Shown one piece after another: positions 1 to 8,956 of a stretch of 37,940 bases of DNA. The notes under the pieces were generated by a model. The model searched no databases. It was not told where the DNA came from and saw only the letters and a list, made by a program, of their open reading frames with translations. Where the stretch lies: NCBI GenBank assembly GCA_036263295.1, contig DATAHG010000604.1, positions 1 to 37,940 on the forward strand. Direction: 5' to 3'. Source of the stretch: Thermoanaerobaculia bacterium (GTDB lineage Bacteria > Acidobacteriota > Thermoanaerobaculia > Multivoradales > UBA5704). The stretch's first letter is position 1. Each line of letters opens with the position of its first letter. Both the position numbers and the translations under genes were made by a program.

Positions 1-579
1 CAGGAGCCGCTGGTGGTCTTCCTCGGCGACAGCCTGACGGCCGGCCTGGGGCTGGACGCGGCGGCGGCCTACCCGGCGCGGGTGGAGGCGGCGCTGGAAG
101 GGGCGGGCGAGCCCGTCCGGGTCCTCAACGCCGGGGTGAGCGGCGATACCACGGCCGGCGGCCTGTCCCGCCTGAGCTGGATCCTCAAGCAGAAGCCGGA
201 CGTGCTGGTGGTGGGGCTGGGGGCGAACGACGGACTGCGCGGCGTGCCGCTCTCGGACGTCGAGAAGAACCTGCGCGAGATTCTGCGCCGCGGCCAGGCG
301 GCCGGCGCCCGGGTGCTTCTGCTGGGGATGCGCCTCCCGCCGAACTACGGCGAATATGCCGACCGCTTCGCCGAGATGTATCCGCGGATCGCCAAGGACA
401 TGGATGTCCCCCTGGTGCCATTCCTCCTCGAAGGGGTAGGCGGCGTGGCGCGGCTCAACCAGGAAGACGGCATCCACCCGACCGCCGAAGGGCAGGAGAT
501 CCTGGCGAAGAACGTGCTGCCCTACCTGCGCACCGTCCTGTCCCGGGAAGAGGCGCGGGCCGCGGCGGGCGCGAGCTGA
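1..579 (+). CDS. tesA: SGNH/GDSL hydrolase, TesA-like arylesterase / acyl-CoA thioesterase I / lysophospholipase L1 (5' end outside window)
   Basis: The frame is open from base 1; the ORF track starts at an internal GTG at 13. SGNH blocks are present in order: VVFLGDSLTAG (block I Ser), NAGVSGDT (II), GLGANDG (III), DGIHPT (V, Asp-x-x-His). It is collinear with E. coli TesA as I recall it. Stop TGA at 577-579. Confidence 0.85.
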   Translation, partial: QEPLVVFLGDSLTAGLGLDAAAAYPARVEAALEGAGEPVRVLNAGVSGDTTAGGLSRLSWILKQKPDVLVVGLGANDGLRGVPLSDVEKNLREILRRGQAAGARVLLLGMRLPPNYGEYADRFAEMYPRIAKDMDVPLVPFLLEGVGGVARLNQEDGIHPTAEGQEILAKNVLPYLRTVLSREEARAAAGAS

Positions 580-637
580 GAACCGGCTCTGAACTCTCCG
601 GCCTCCCCTGCGTATCAACAGACGAAAGGGGAGCGCC

Positions 638-1069
638 ATGAACCAGGATGTCGAGCATCTGAGCCTGTTGTCGATCTTCCACTACATCGTGGCGGCGATC
701 ACCGCCCTCTGCTCCTGCCTGCCCTTCATTCACTTCTTCCTGGGCCTCGCGATGGCGTTGGGCTGGGGGGATTTCCGGACCGGCGAGGCGAGCTGGGTCG
801 GCTGGATCATGGCCGGCTTCGCCGGGGCCGTCATCCTGTCCGGCTGGGCCCTGGCGATCTGTTTCGCCCTGGCGGGCAAGTACCTCGGAGAGCGGAGCCA
901 CTACCGCTTCTGCTTCGTGATGGCCTGCGTCGGCTGCGTCTTCATGCCGTTCGGCACGGTCCTCGGGATTTTCACCCTGATCGTCCTGATGAGGCCGACG
1001 GTGAAGCAGCTCTTCGGCGAGCCGGTCCTGCCGGCGCCGCTTGCGCCGAGCCAGCCGGCACCGATTTGA
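638..1069 (+). CDS. small hydrophobic membrane protein, function unknown
   Basis: ATG at 638 with AAGGGGAG 4 nt upstream. The 143-aa product has about 4 long hydrophobic stretches (IFHYIVAAITALCSCLPFIHFFLGLAMAL, WVGWIMAGFAGAVILSGWALAICFALAG, FCFVMACVGCVFMPFGTVLGIFTLIVL). I recognise no family. Confidence 0.6.
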   Translation: MNQDVEHLSLLSIFHYIVAAITALCSCLPFIHFFLGLAMALGWGDFRTGEASWVGWIMAGFAGAVILSGWALAICFALAGKYLGERSHYRFCFVMACVGCVFMPFGTVLGIFTLIVLMRPTVKQLFGEPVLPAPLAPSQPAPI

Positions 1070-1070
1070 C

Positions 1071-2255
1071 TCACCTCGCGATCCGGCGCACCGTCCCGCC
1101 TTGCGGCGGGGCGAGCCCGATCTCGGCCTTGATCTCTTCCTTCTGCAGTTGGGCGAGCCGGCGGGCCTCCATGGCGAGGCCGAGCTGCCGCATGCCGAGG
1201 ATCACCGAGAACTCCAGGGCGACCAGCGCGATCCCGAGCGCGGTCTGGCCGGTCACCGCGACGACCAGGGCGAGGCCGCAGAAGGAGAGGACCACGGCGT
1301 AGATGATTCCGACGATCCGGGAGCGCTTGCCGCCGAGGTGGGCGAGGAGGTGGTGGAGGTGCTGGCGGTCGGCGTGGAACATCCGGAAGAAGCGCGAGGC
1401 GAGCGGCCCCTGCGGCCGGTCGAGAAAGCGCACCGCCATCACCATGAGCGTGTCCATCACCGGCACCCCGAGAGCGAGGATCGGCACCAGAATCGCCACC
1501 GCCGCCGGGGCCTTGAGAGCCGAGTGGACCGACATCGCGCCGAGCAGGAAGCCGAGGGTGAGCGAGCCGGAGTCCCCCATGAAGATCCGGGCCGGCTCCC
1601 AGTTGTGGCGCAGGAACCCGAGGCAGGCGCCCGAGGTGGCGGCCATCAGGATCACGGTCCCCGGGTTCCCCTGCAGGAAGGCGTAGCCGAGCAGGCTCGC
1701 CGAGATGATGGCGACCACCCCGCCGGCGAGACCGTCCAGGCCGTCGATGAGGTTGATCGCGTTGGTCACTCCGACGATCCAGACCAGCGTCGCCACCTCC
1801 CCCCAGAAGCCGAGCTGGACCTCGCCGAAAAACGGCAGCCGCAGCACCTCGAAAGACCAGCCGACGCGGACGAGCATCCAGGCCGCGAGCGCCTGAAACA
1901 GGAACTTCTTGGCGGCCGAGACCCCGACCAGGTCGTCCACCAGACCGACCAGGAAGACCAGCCCGAGCCCGAGGCCGAGCCCCCACAGCTCGTCGCGGCT
2001 GATCGCGGCGCTCCAGCTCCCCCAATATCCCCACTGGCCGACCGTCGCCACCCCGGCGGCGAGGACGAGACCGGTGACGATCGCGACACCGCCCAGGCGG
2101 GGCACGGCCCCGGCCTGCAGCTTGCGGGTGTCGGGGTGGTCGAGGGCCCGCAGAGCCACGGCGAGCCGGATTACCGGCGACATCATCAGGTTGGTGAGCA
2201 GGGCGGCGCAGAGGGCGGCGCCCAGGGCGGCGATCAGGATCTCAGACGTTTGCAT
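1071..2255 (-). CDS. polyprenyl-phosphate HexNAc-1-phosphate transferase (WecA/WbpL/TagO family, MraY-like) - initiating transferase
   Basis: 394-aa polytopic membrane protein with PNPT motifs LVGLVDDLVGV, VGVTNAINLIDGLDGLAGG and IFMGDSGSLTLGFLLG. It is the last gene of the minus-strand locus. Its stop lies 1 nt from the convergent stop of the 638-1069 gene. Confidence 0.9.
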   Translation of the reverse strand: MQTSEILIAALGAALCAALLTNLMMSPVIRLAVALRALDHPDTRKLQAGAVPRLGGVAIVTGLVLAAGVATVGQWGYWGSWSAAISRDELWGLGLGLGLVFLVGLVDDLVGVSAAKKFLFQALAAWMLVRVGWSFEVLRLPFFGEVQLGFWGEVATLVWIVGVTNAINLIDGLDGLAGGVVAIISASLLGYAFLQGNPGTVILMAATSGACLGFLRHNWEPARIFMGDSGSLTLGFLLGAMSVHSALKAPAAVAILVPILALGVPVMDTLMVMAVRFLDRPQGPLASRFFRMFHADRQHLHHLLAHLGGKRSRIVGIIYAVVLSFCGLALVVAVTGQTALGIALVALEFSVILGMRQLGLAMEARRLAQLQKEEIKAEIGLAPPQGGTVRRIAR

Positions 2256-3495
2256 GGGACACCTTCGGTTCCGACAGCAGGCGAGCCCAGGCCCGGAAAG
2301 CGAGATCGCGGGAGTACTTCTCTTCGAACAGGGCGCGGGCGGCGCGGCCGCGGGCGCGGACCTCTTCCGGGTTCGCGGCGGCTTCGCGGAGGATCGCGGC
2401 GACCGCTGCCGGATCGTGCGGGCAGGCCCAGCCGGCCTTGCGTTCGACCACCTCCGCGTGGAGGTCGGTGCCGGCGCCGCCGACCACCAGCACCGGCTTG
2501 CCGGCCGCCAGCGCGGCGGCGTACTTGGAGGGCACCAGCAGCCCGGCCACCTCGTCGCGCAACGTCACCAGGTGAACGTCGGCGGCGTTGTACAGCGCGC
2601 CGAGCGCCTCGCGCGGCTGGTACTCCAGAAAACGTACGCCCGACAGACCTGCCACCTGCTCGCGAACCTCCGGGAGCCTCGGACCGTCGCCGACGATCAA
2701 CCAGACCACCTGGGATGGGCTCGGAGCGAGCACACGAAAGGCGTCGGCGACGGCATCGAAGCAGTGAGCTAATCCAAGATTGCCAGAATAGAGTAGCACG
2801 AAATACTGTTGGAGCCCATTCTCCCGGCGGAACCGCTCCCCGGCGGCGGGATCGGGCGCGATGGCGCGCCCGTCGGCCCAGTTGGGGATGACCTCGGCCC
2901 GCCGGGCGCCCCGGCGGCGCAGCGACTCGGCCATGGCGCCGTCGAGGGCCACGGCGGCGTCGGCGCGCGCCAGCACCAGGCTCGACAGCCGGCGCAGCAG
3001 GCCGGCGGCCGGCGAGCGCGGCGACAGGGCGCCGAGCGCCACGGCGAGGTCGGGATAGAGATCCTCGACCTTGTAGACGAAGCGGGCGCCGCGCAGCCGG
3101 GCGAGCAGGCCGAGGACGGCGACGAGCGGCGGCGTCGACAGACAGACCGCCACGTCCGCCCGCGGCCCGGTCGCCACCGCCAGGGCGGCGGACAGAAAGA
3201 AAGAGGCGTAGTCCGCCAGCCGGCCGATCTTCGAGCGCCGGCCGAAGTTGGTGCAGGCGACGCGGCGGATCGCCACGCCGTTCCAGGTCTCGCGGGCGGG
3301 CAGCGGCCCCGGGCGGCCCGGGGCATAGGTGGCGCGGCCGGCCAGGGCGGTGACCTCCCAGCCCGCGGCGGCGAGGTCCTCGGCGAGGTCGGCGAGGAGC
3401 TGCGCGGTGGCGGCGCGGTCCGGCCAGAAATACTGGTTGAGGAGGAGGATTTTGCGACGGGAGGGGCCGCCCGCCGGGGGAGCGGCCGGGCTCAT
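2242..3495 (-). CDS. glycosyltransferase, GT4 / GT-B fold (WcaI-like)
   Basis: Real start is ATG at 3495 (MSPAAPP...KILLLNQYFWPDRAATAQLLADLAEDLAAAGWEV), forming an ATGA overlap with the stop of the upstream carbamoyltransferase. C-terminal GT-B signature: VHLVTLRDEVAGLLVPSKYAAALAAGKPVLVVG. The ORF-track extension to 4077 is Arg/Pro junk overlapping a well-supported gene. Confidence 0.85.
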   Translation of the reverse strand: MSPAAPPAGGPSRRKILLLNQYFWPDRAATAQLLADLAEDLAAAGWEVTALAGRATYAPGRPGPLPARETWNGVAIRRVACTNFGRRSKIGRLADYASFFLSAALAVATGPRADVAVCLSTPPLVAVLGLLARLRGARFVYKVEDLYPDLAVALGALSPRSPAAGLLRRLSSLVLARADAAVALDGAMAESLRRRGARRAEVIPNWADGRAIAPDPAAGERFRRENGLQQYFVLLYSGNLGLAHCFDAVADAFRVLAPSPSQVVWLIVGDGPRLPEVREQVAGLSGVRFLEYQPREALGALYNAADVHLVTLRDEVAGLLVPSKYAAALAAGKPVLVVGGAGTDLHAEVVERKAGWACPHDPAAVAAILREAAANPEEVRARGRAARALFEEKYSRDLAFRAWARLLSEPKVSHANV

Positions 3496-5315
3496 GCGCG
3501 GCGGCGGACGGTGACCCGGTCGAGGACGATGCGGTCCATGCGGGTGCGCAGGAAGCAGTCGAGGGCCTCGGCCGGGGTGTTGACGATCGGCTCGTTCTCG
3601 TTGAACGAGGTATTGAGCACGATCGGCACGCCGGTCTCGCGCTCGAAGGCGGCGATCAGGGCCCAGTAGCGCGGATTGGTGGCGCGCGAGACGGTCTGCA
3701 GGCGGCCGGTGCCATCGACGTGGGTCACGGCAGGGATGCGCGGCCGCTGCTCGGGGCGGATGGGATAGACCTTGATCATGAACGGGTCGGGGTAGCCGAT
3801 CGTGAACCAGTCGCCGGTGCGCTCCTCCAGGATGGAGGGGGCGAAGGGGCGGAACGACTCGCGACGCTTGATCTTGAGGTTCAGCAGGTCGCGCATGTCG
3901 CCGCGGCGCGGATCGGCGAGGATCGAGCGGTTGCCGAGCGCCCGCGGCCCCCATTCGGAGCGCCCCTGGTACCAGCCCACCACCTCGCCGCGGGCGAGGG
4001 CGGCGGCGGTCGCGGCGGCGAGGCTCTCGTCGTCCGGCGCGGTCTCGACGGTCAGCTCCCCTCCATTTCCCGACCAATCGCCATCCCGGCCGTCCGAGCC
4101 GGGGAGCCCGGCCGCCAGGGCGGCGCGGATGTCCCCCTCGGCGTAGCGCGGTCCCCAGTAGGCGTGCTCCATGACGAACTCGCGCGGCCGATCGAGGATC
4201 GCGTGCTGGGCGTAGAGGGCGGCGCCGAGGGCGGTGCCGGCGTCGCCGGCCGCGGCCTGGATGTAGACCTCCTCGACGTCGGTGTGGTCGAACAGCTTGC
4301 CGTTGGCGAGCGAGTTCATGCCGCAGCCGCCGGCCAGGGCGAGGCGGCGGAGACCGGTGCGGTGGAGGACCGCCTGGACCAGGGCGAAGAAACGCTCCTC
4401 GTAGACCGCCTGGACCGAGGCGGCGAGGTCCTTGTGACGCTGGGTGAGAGGATCCTCCGGCCGCCGCGCCGGGCCGAGCAGCTCTTCGAGGGCCGGGGTG
4501 AACACGGCGCCGAGGCGCGGCTCGCCGCCGTCCCAGGTCATGTCCACCCCCTCGGAGAGGTGGCGGAAGTAGCGCAGGTCGAGCTGGAAGGAGCCGTCGG
4601 ACCGCGCCGGGACCACCTGCTGCAGGGCATCGACGAAGCTCGGCTCGCCGTAGGCGGCGAGGCCCATCACCTTGTACTCGTCGCCGTAATTCGGGAAGCC
4701 GAGGAGCTGGGTGACCGCGGTGTAGAAGAGCCCCAGGGAGTGCGGGAAGTGGACACGGTCCAGGACCTCGATGCGGTTCCCGCGGCCCACCGCCAGCATG
4801 GTCGAGACGAAGTCGCCGAAGCCGTCGACGGTGAGGCAGGCCGCCTCTTCCCAGGGGCCGCAGAAGAAGGCCGAGGCGACGTGGGCGAGGTGGTGCTCGA
4901 CCGCGTGCACGGGCGGGGTGGCAATGTTGCCGGCGTTGCCGGATCCGAAGGCCGCGAGACGGTCGGCCAGGGTGTCCACCTGGCGCAGATTGCGGGCCCG
5001 CCCCAGCGCCCGGCCGAGACTGCGCGGGTGGCTGAGGGCGAGGGCGGCCTTGCGCACCAGGTAGGCCCGCGGCTGGCGCGGCACCGCCACGGCGGCGAGG
5101 CCGTCGAGCGTGCCGCCGTTGATCTCCTCCAGGCAGTGGCGGATCGCCCGCTCGGGAAAGCCGGCCCAGTGCTTGATGCGGGTGAAGCGCTCCTCCTCGA
5201 CGCCGACCGTGAACCGGCCGCCGGAGAGGCCGGCCGCTGAGGCGTCGCCGTGGAAGGCGTTGATCCCCAGGATGGGACCGTTCGGGTCGATTGGGTCGAT
5301 CGGGCTATCCGGCAT
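3492..5315 (-). CDS. carbamoyltransferase, NodU/CmcH family
   Basis: 607 aa. N-terminal ILGINAFHGDASAAGLSGGRFTVGVEEERFTRIKHWAGFP. Also HHLAHVASAFFCGP, GGCGMNSLANGK and C-terminal VDGTGRLQTV...NTSFNENEPIV, which are typical of NodU/CmcH O-carbamoyltransferases. Confidence 0.88.
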   Translation of the reverse strand: MPDSPIDPIDPNGPILGINAFHGDASAAGLSGGRFTVGVEEERFTRIKHWAGFPERAIRHCLEEINGGTLDGLAAVAVPRQPRAYLVRKAALALSHPRSLGRALGRARNLRQVDTLADRLAAFGSGNAGNIATPPVHAVEHHLAHVASAFFCGPWEEAACLTVDGFGDFVSTMLAVGRGNRIEVLDRVHFPHSLGLFYTAVTQLLGFPNYGDEYKVMGLAAYGEPSFVDALQQVVPARSDGSFQLDLRYFRHLSEGVDMTWDGGEPRLGAVFTPALEELLGPARRPEDPLTQRHKDLAASVQAVYEERFFALVQAVLHRTGLRRLALAGGCGMNSLANGKLFDHTDVEEVYIQAAAGDAGTALGAALYAQHAILDRPREFVMEHAYWGPRYAEGDIRAALAAGLPGSDGRDGDWSGNGGELTVETAPDDESLAAATAAALARGEVVGWYQGRSEWGPRALGNRSILADPRRGDMRDLLNLKIKRRESFRPFAPSILEERTGDWFTIGYPDPFMIKVYPIRPEQRPRIPAVTHVDGTGRLQTVSRATNPRYWALIAAFERETGVPIVLNTSFNENEPIVNTPAEALDCFLRTRMDRIVLDRVTVRRRA

Positions 5316-6486
5316 GGCGCGAGGCCCAGGAGAGGGCGGCGGAACGGGTGAGATCGGTGAGGGCGGCGGCCATGCGGTCCGCCACCCCCTCCTGGGAGAA
5401 GTCGCGGATCATCCAGGCCCGGCCGCGGGAGCCCCAGGCGCGGCGCTCCCCGGGGGAGAGGGCCATCAGACGGCCGATCCCGCCGGCCAGGGCCTCGGTA
5501 CCGTCCTCCACCCAGAAGCCGCAGCGCTCGCGCTCCAGGCCGGACCAGGGGGCGGTGCGGGTGACCACGCAGGGGGTGCCGTGCGCCAGGGCCTCGGCCA
5601 CGCTCATCCCGAAGTTCTCGGACCTGGAGGCCAGGATCAGCCCCTCGGCTCCGGCCAGCAGGCGGGCCTTGTCCGGTCCTTCCACGTGAGGGAGGACGCG
5701 GACCCGGGGGGCGACCCCCTCCCGCTCGGCGGTCTCCAACAGGGAGCGCCGGTAGCCCTCGTCGCCACTGCCGGCCAGGACCAGATCGGCCGGCGGCGCG
5801 CCGTCCAGGCTCCGGGTCCAGGCAGCGTAAGCGGAAAGGATCAGCTCGATCTGCTTGTGGGGGTGGAGTCGCCCCAGGAAGAGCAGGTAGGGCCTGCCTT
5901 CCGTCGCCGCCGGCACCTCGGCGGGAACCTCGACGCCGTTCGGCACCTCGATCGTCCGCGCGCCGGGGAAGATCTCGCGCACCGCCCGGGCCTCCTCCTC
6001 GGAGGTGACGTGATAGACCGCCCGCGCTCCGGCGATCCGGCGCAGCACCGCCAGGAACAGGCGCTTCTTGCCGCCCTTGGCGGCCAGGGCCTCGGGGAAG
6101 AGCATGCCGCGCGGCGAGATCACCAGCGGCTTGCCGAACAGGCGGCAGAGCAGGGCGAGGGCCGGCAGCGGCCAGACCAGGATCCCCCAGACGTAGACGG
6201 CGTCGGCGCGGGCCACCTGGCGCGGCAGGACGGCGAGGAGCCCGGGGGCGACCAGCTCTCCCAGCTTGCCGCCGAGACGGCGGCAGTAGCGGATCCGCAG
6301 GTTCTCGCCCGCCTCCCGCCAGCCGGCCGGCACGTCCAGCCGGTCGGGGCCGTCGGCGTCCGTGGTCAGCGCCCGCACCTGGAAGCCGCGCGCCGCGAGC
6401 CCGCGGCAGAGCTGGGCGGTCGAGACGATCGGGCCGCCATAGCGGCGGGCCGGATGGAAGTAGAGGCTGAGGAACAGGAGGCGCAT
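5305..6486 (-). CDS. glycosyltransferase, GT4 family
   Basis: Start ATG at 6486 (MRLLFLSLYFHPARRYGGPIVSTAQLCRGLAARGFQV), sharing 1 nt with the upstream TGA (TGATG). C-terminal SRSENFGMSVAEALAHGTPCVV is an E-x7-E type motif. The ORF-track extension to 7803 is rejected. Confidence 0.85.
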   Translation of the reverse strand: MRLLFLSLYFHPARRYGGPIVSTAQLCRGLAARGFQVRALTTDADGPDRLDVPAGWREAGENLRIRYCRRLGGKLGELVAPGLLAVLPRQVARADAVYVWGILVWPLPALALLCRLFGKPLVISPRGMLFPEALAAKGGKKRLFLAVLRRIAGARAVYHVTSEEEARAVREIFPGARTIEVPNGVEVPAEVPAATEGRPYLLFLGRLHPHKQIELILSAYAAWTRSLDGAPPADLVLAGSGDEGYRRSLLETAEREGVAPRVRVLPHVEGPDKARLLAGAEGLILASRSENFGMSVAEALAHGTPCVVTRTAPWSGLERERCGFWVEDGTEALAGGIGRLMALSPGERRAWGSRGRAWMIRDFSQEGVADRMAAALTDLTRSAALSWASRHAG

Positions 6487-7970
6487 CAGGCTACCGCTAC
6501 CGGCTCCGGGCGGTCCGCGAAGCCGAGCAACCGGCGGCGGCGGGAGCGCCGGCTCATCAGGACGCGGTCGAGCACGAACACCGAGATGCCCATGTAGATC
6601 ATCAGGGTGAACGAAAAGCCCAGGGTCTTGATCCAGGAGCGCTCGAACAGGTAGAGGGCGAGCCAGAAGATGACGGTGACCAGGCCGACGGCCAGCTCCC
6701 GATGCCAGATCAGACGCAGCAGGAAACGGTAGAGACGCCCCATGATGAACCCGAAGGCCAGGATGGGCAGGAACATCCAGGGCAGGCCGAAGTCGATGTA
6801 GGACTCGGCGGCGTAGCCGAACGCGATACTGGTGTTCTCCTCCGCTCCGGCCACCCAGATGCCCGAGTATTTCCGCACCATCTCGCTGTCGGAGGGCAGC
6901 ACGGGTTTGTTCGGAAACAAGAGCCGGGGCATCAGGACGTGGCGCACGGCCTTGCCGAGGATGCGGCCGTTCTCGTGCGGCAGCACCTCCGGCACCCGGC
7001 TCACGGCGAGGGCTGGATAGTAGACGGTCCAGAGCCGGTCGACGAAGAAGTCGAGGTTCTCCACGACCCCTTGGAAGTCGCTGCCGAACCACCCCTTGGA
7101 CAGGCTGACCACCTTTTCCAGGCGAGCCGAACGGGACTCGGCGAACGCCTCGATCTCGAAGGAGCTGCGGTAGGTGGTGCGGATGCTCAGCCAGAGAAGC
7201 CCGAAGAAGAAGATGGCGCAGGCGGAGGCGCCGATCATGAGCCAGTGTTGAATCCGGCGAGGCTCGAAGCGCTCGAGGATGACGAGCACGAGCATCATCA
7301 GCGGCTCGCGGAAGCTCGCGAAGAAGCCGGTGAATCCGAGCACCACCTCGATGCTCAGCAGCACCAGAATGGGGCGCCAGCGGATCCGCGTCGAGCTGAG
7401 GCGGCGCAGAATCAGGTAGAGGGCTACGAGCCGCAGGAAGCTGAGGGCCAGGATCCCCTGCGTCAGCACGGGGATCTCCCAGGCGACGGTGTGGATCGCT
7501 CCGACGGTGGCGAGGAGACCGAAATACGTCAGGTAGAGCGCCTGGGCGCTGAACGCCTTGCCCGGAAGCTGCCGGTCGGGGGGGGGCGTCCCGCGCCCGA
7601 GGGCGAGCCTCAGGCCGATCAGCAGCGCGAGCACGCAACCCATGCCGATCAGGACCATCGGCCGGTAGTCCGAGAAGCTGATGGCTTCGAGAGGGCGGCC
7701 GGTGATCCCGTGGTAGAAGACGCCGGCGTTGACCTGGGCCCACTGGAAGGAGAGGGCCAGGGCGAGAACGGGTGGCCCCTCCCGGGCTCGCAGGAAGCGC
7801 CATATCGCCCAGAGCAGCACGGTGGCCAGCGGCGCCAGCCAGTCTCCCACCAGGATCCAGGAGAGGGCGGCCAGCGCGATGACGACCAGCGTCTGCAAAG
7901 GCCCCTTTGAAGGGTTCTGGGCAGAAGGAGCGGCCGGCCGGACCGGCTGAAAGGCGAGGGGTTGGACCAT
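6486..7970 (-). CDS. polytopic membrane protein, Wzy / WaaL (O-antigen polymerase/ligase)-like
   Basis: Start ATG at 7970 (MVQPLAF...). 494 aa with about 10 or more hydrophobic helices and a large loop (HENGRILGKAVRHVLMPRLLFPNKP ... SIAFGYAAESYIDFGLPWMF) that resembles Wzy_C-type loops. The family call is from architecture and context only. Confidence 0.5.
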   Translation of the reverse strand: MVQPLAFQPVRPAAPSAQNPSKGPLQTLVVIALAALSWILVGDWLAPLATVLLWAIWRFLRAREGPPVLALALSFQWAQVNAGVFYHGITGRPLEAISFSDYRPMVLIGMGCVLALLIGLRLALGRGTPPPDRQLPGKAFSAQALYLTYFGLLATVGAIHTVAWEIPVLTQGILALSFLRLVALYLILRRLSSTRIRWRPILVLLSIEVVLGFTGFFASFREPLMMLVLVILERFEPRRIQHWLMIGASACAIFFFGLLWLSIRTTYRSSFEIEAFAESRSARLEKVVSLSKGWFGSDFQGVVENLDFFVDRLWTVYYPALAVSRVPEVLPHENGRILGKAVRHVLMPRLLFPNKPVLPSDSEMVRKYSGIWVAGAEENTSIAFGYAAESYIDFGLPWMFLPILAFGFIMGRLYRFLLRLIWHRELAVGLVTVIFWLALYLFERSWIKTLGFSFTLMIYMGISVFVLDRVLMSRRSRRRRLLGFADRPEPVAVA

Positions 7971-7975
7971 GGCGG

Positions 7976-8956
7976 CTATCCCCGCTCCGAGGAAACCGGC
8001 TCCCCGGCCAGGTCGAACTGCGTCCAGTCGGGAATCTGGTAACCGCCGTCGACGTCGAGCGGGGTGCCGGCGTTGAAATGGCGTTTCGGCCGCCGCAGGT
8101 AGCGCAGCCCGTCGGCCGGCGAGACGCCGCAGCTCCGCAGGCGCAGCCAGGCGTTCCCCCACTGGCTGCTCCGCAGGTCGCGATAGGTGATCTTGAACAG
8201 GTTCCAGGCCCAATTGCGACGGGCCTGTTGCAGCTCTTCGCCCTGCAGCGGGCAGTCGGGGGCCTGGAGGGCCCGCCATGCCTCGCCGTGGGCGAGAGCG
8301 TAGCTGGCGGCGGATTTCGGGCTCTGCAGCTCCTGTCCGGGGTGGATCCGGTACCAGAACAGATCGGCCGGCATCAGAAGGACGCTCACCGTGCGGCAGG
8401 CCCGCATCCAGAACAGATAGTCCGAGGCGGCGCCACGATCCTCGAAGCCGCCCAGGCGGTGGAACACCTCGGCGCGGAACAGGGCCCCGGCAGGGCCGCA
8501 CTGGAACATCCCCAGTCCAAGGAATTCGCGGCGGTAGGACATCAGCGGCGTCGACAGCATCGGGCACGGCCCCCCCGGCCAGGCGGTTCCCGACGAGAGC
8601 GCGAAACCGGCCCGCGGCTCGGCGCGGAGCGGCCCGAGCAGGGTCGCCAGGCAGTGGGGGTACATCAGGTCGTCGGAGTCATGGTACTTGAGGAAGGGCG
8701 CCCGCGCCAGCGCCGCGGCGCGGTTGCGGTTCCCGAACTGCCCGAGGTTGGCCTCGTTGACGTGGACCCGGACGCGGCGGTCGAGCCGCTCGTAGCGCCG
8801 GGCGACCTCGACCGAGCCGTCGGTGGACTGGTTGTCGACCACCAGCACCTCGAAGTCGCCGAAGGAGCTGGCGAGGACGCTCTCGAGCGAGGCGGCCAGG
8901 GTGTCCTCCCGGTTGTAGGAGGTCACCAGCACGCTGATCTGCGGGGTGTGCTCCAT
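7976..8956 (-). CDS. glycosyltransferase family 2 (GT-A)
   Basis: ISVLVTSYNREDTLAASLESVLASSFGDFEVLVVDNQSTDGS ... KYHDSDDLMYP (DxD). This is a classic GT2 N-terminus. ATG at 8956 shares 1 nt with the upstream TGA. Confidence 0.9.
   Translation of the reverse strand: MEHTPQISVLVTSYNREDTLAASLESVLASSFGDFEVLVVDNQSTDGSVEVARRYERLDRRVRVHVNEANLGQFGNRNRAAALARAPFLKYHDSDDLMYPHCLATLLGPLRAEPRAGFALSSGTAWPGGPCPMLSTPLMSYRREFLGLGMFQCGPAGALFRAEVFHRLGGFEDRGAASDYLFWMRACRTVSVLLMPADLFWYRIHPGQELQSPKSAASYALAHGEAWRALQAPDCPLQGEELQQARRNWAWNLFKITYRDLRSSQWGNAWLRLRSCGVSPADGLRYLRRPKRHFNAGTPLDVDGGYQIPDWTQFDLAGEPVSSERG

Noticed and set aside
1041-2891. Long plus-strand ORFs antisense to the locus. Examples: 1041-2891, 3720-5240, 5110-6597, 6702-7910, 7907-8974, 14850-16094, 15856-17328, 17967-19391, 19240-20613, 20704-22512, 31625-33940, 35604-37712.
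   Set aside because: All translate to Arg/Pro/Gly/Asp/Glu-rich low-complexity sequence with no family motifs. Each lies opposite an ORF with clear, collinear family signatures. In DNA this GC-rich, antisense frames are commonly open.
2242-4077. N-terminal extensions of true genes given in the ORF track. Examples: 2242-4077, 5305-7803, 6486-8567, 10381-12357, 11457-12839, 13708-15027, 20125-23706, 25823-27406, 27624-29102, 28868-30097, 31880-33973, 34435-36051.
   Set aside because: The extensions are Arg/Pro-rich junk that overlaps the well-supported upstream gene out of frame. In every case a start codon sits exactly at a 1- or 4-nt overlap, or a few nt after the upstream stop, and the recognisable domain begins right there.
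6486-7970. Calling the polytopic protein specifically Wzy (polymerase) or WaaL (ligase), or assigning a gene symbol
   Set aside because: These families are too divergent to separate by eye. Only architecture and a loosely Wzy_C-like loop support the call, so I left it generic.
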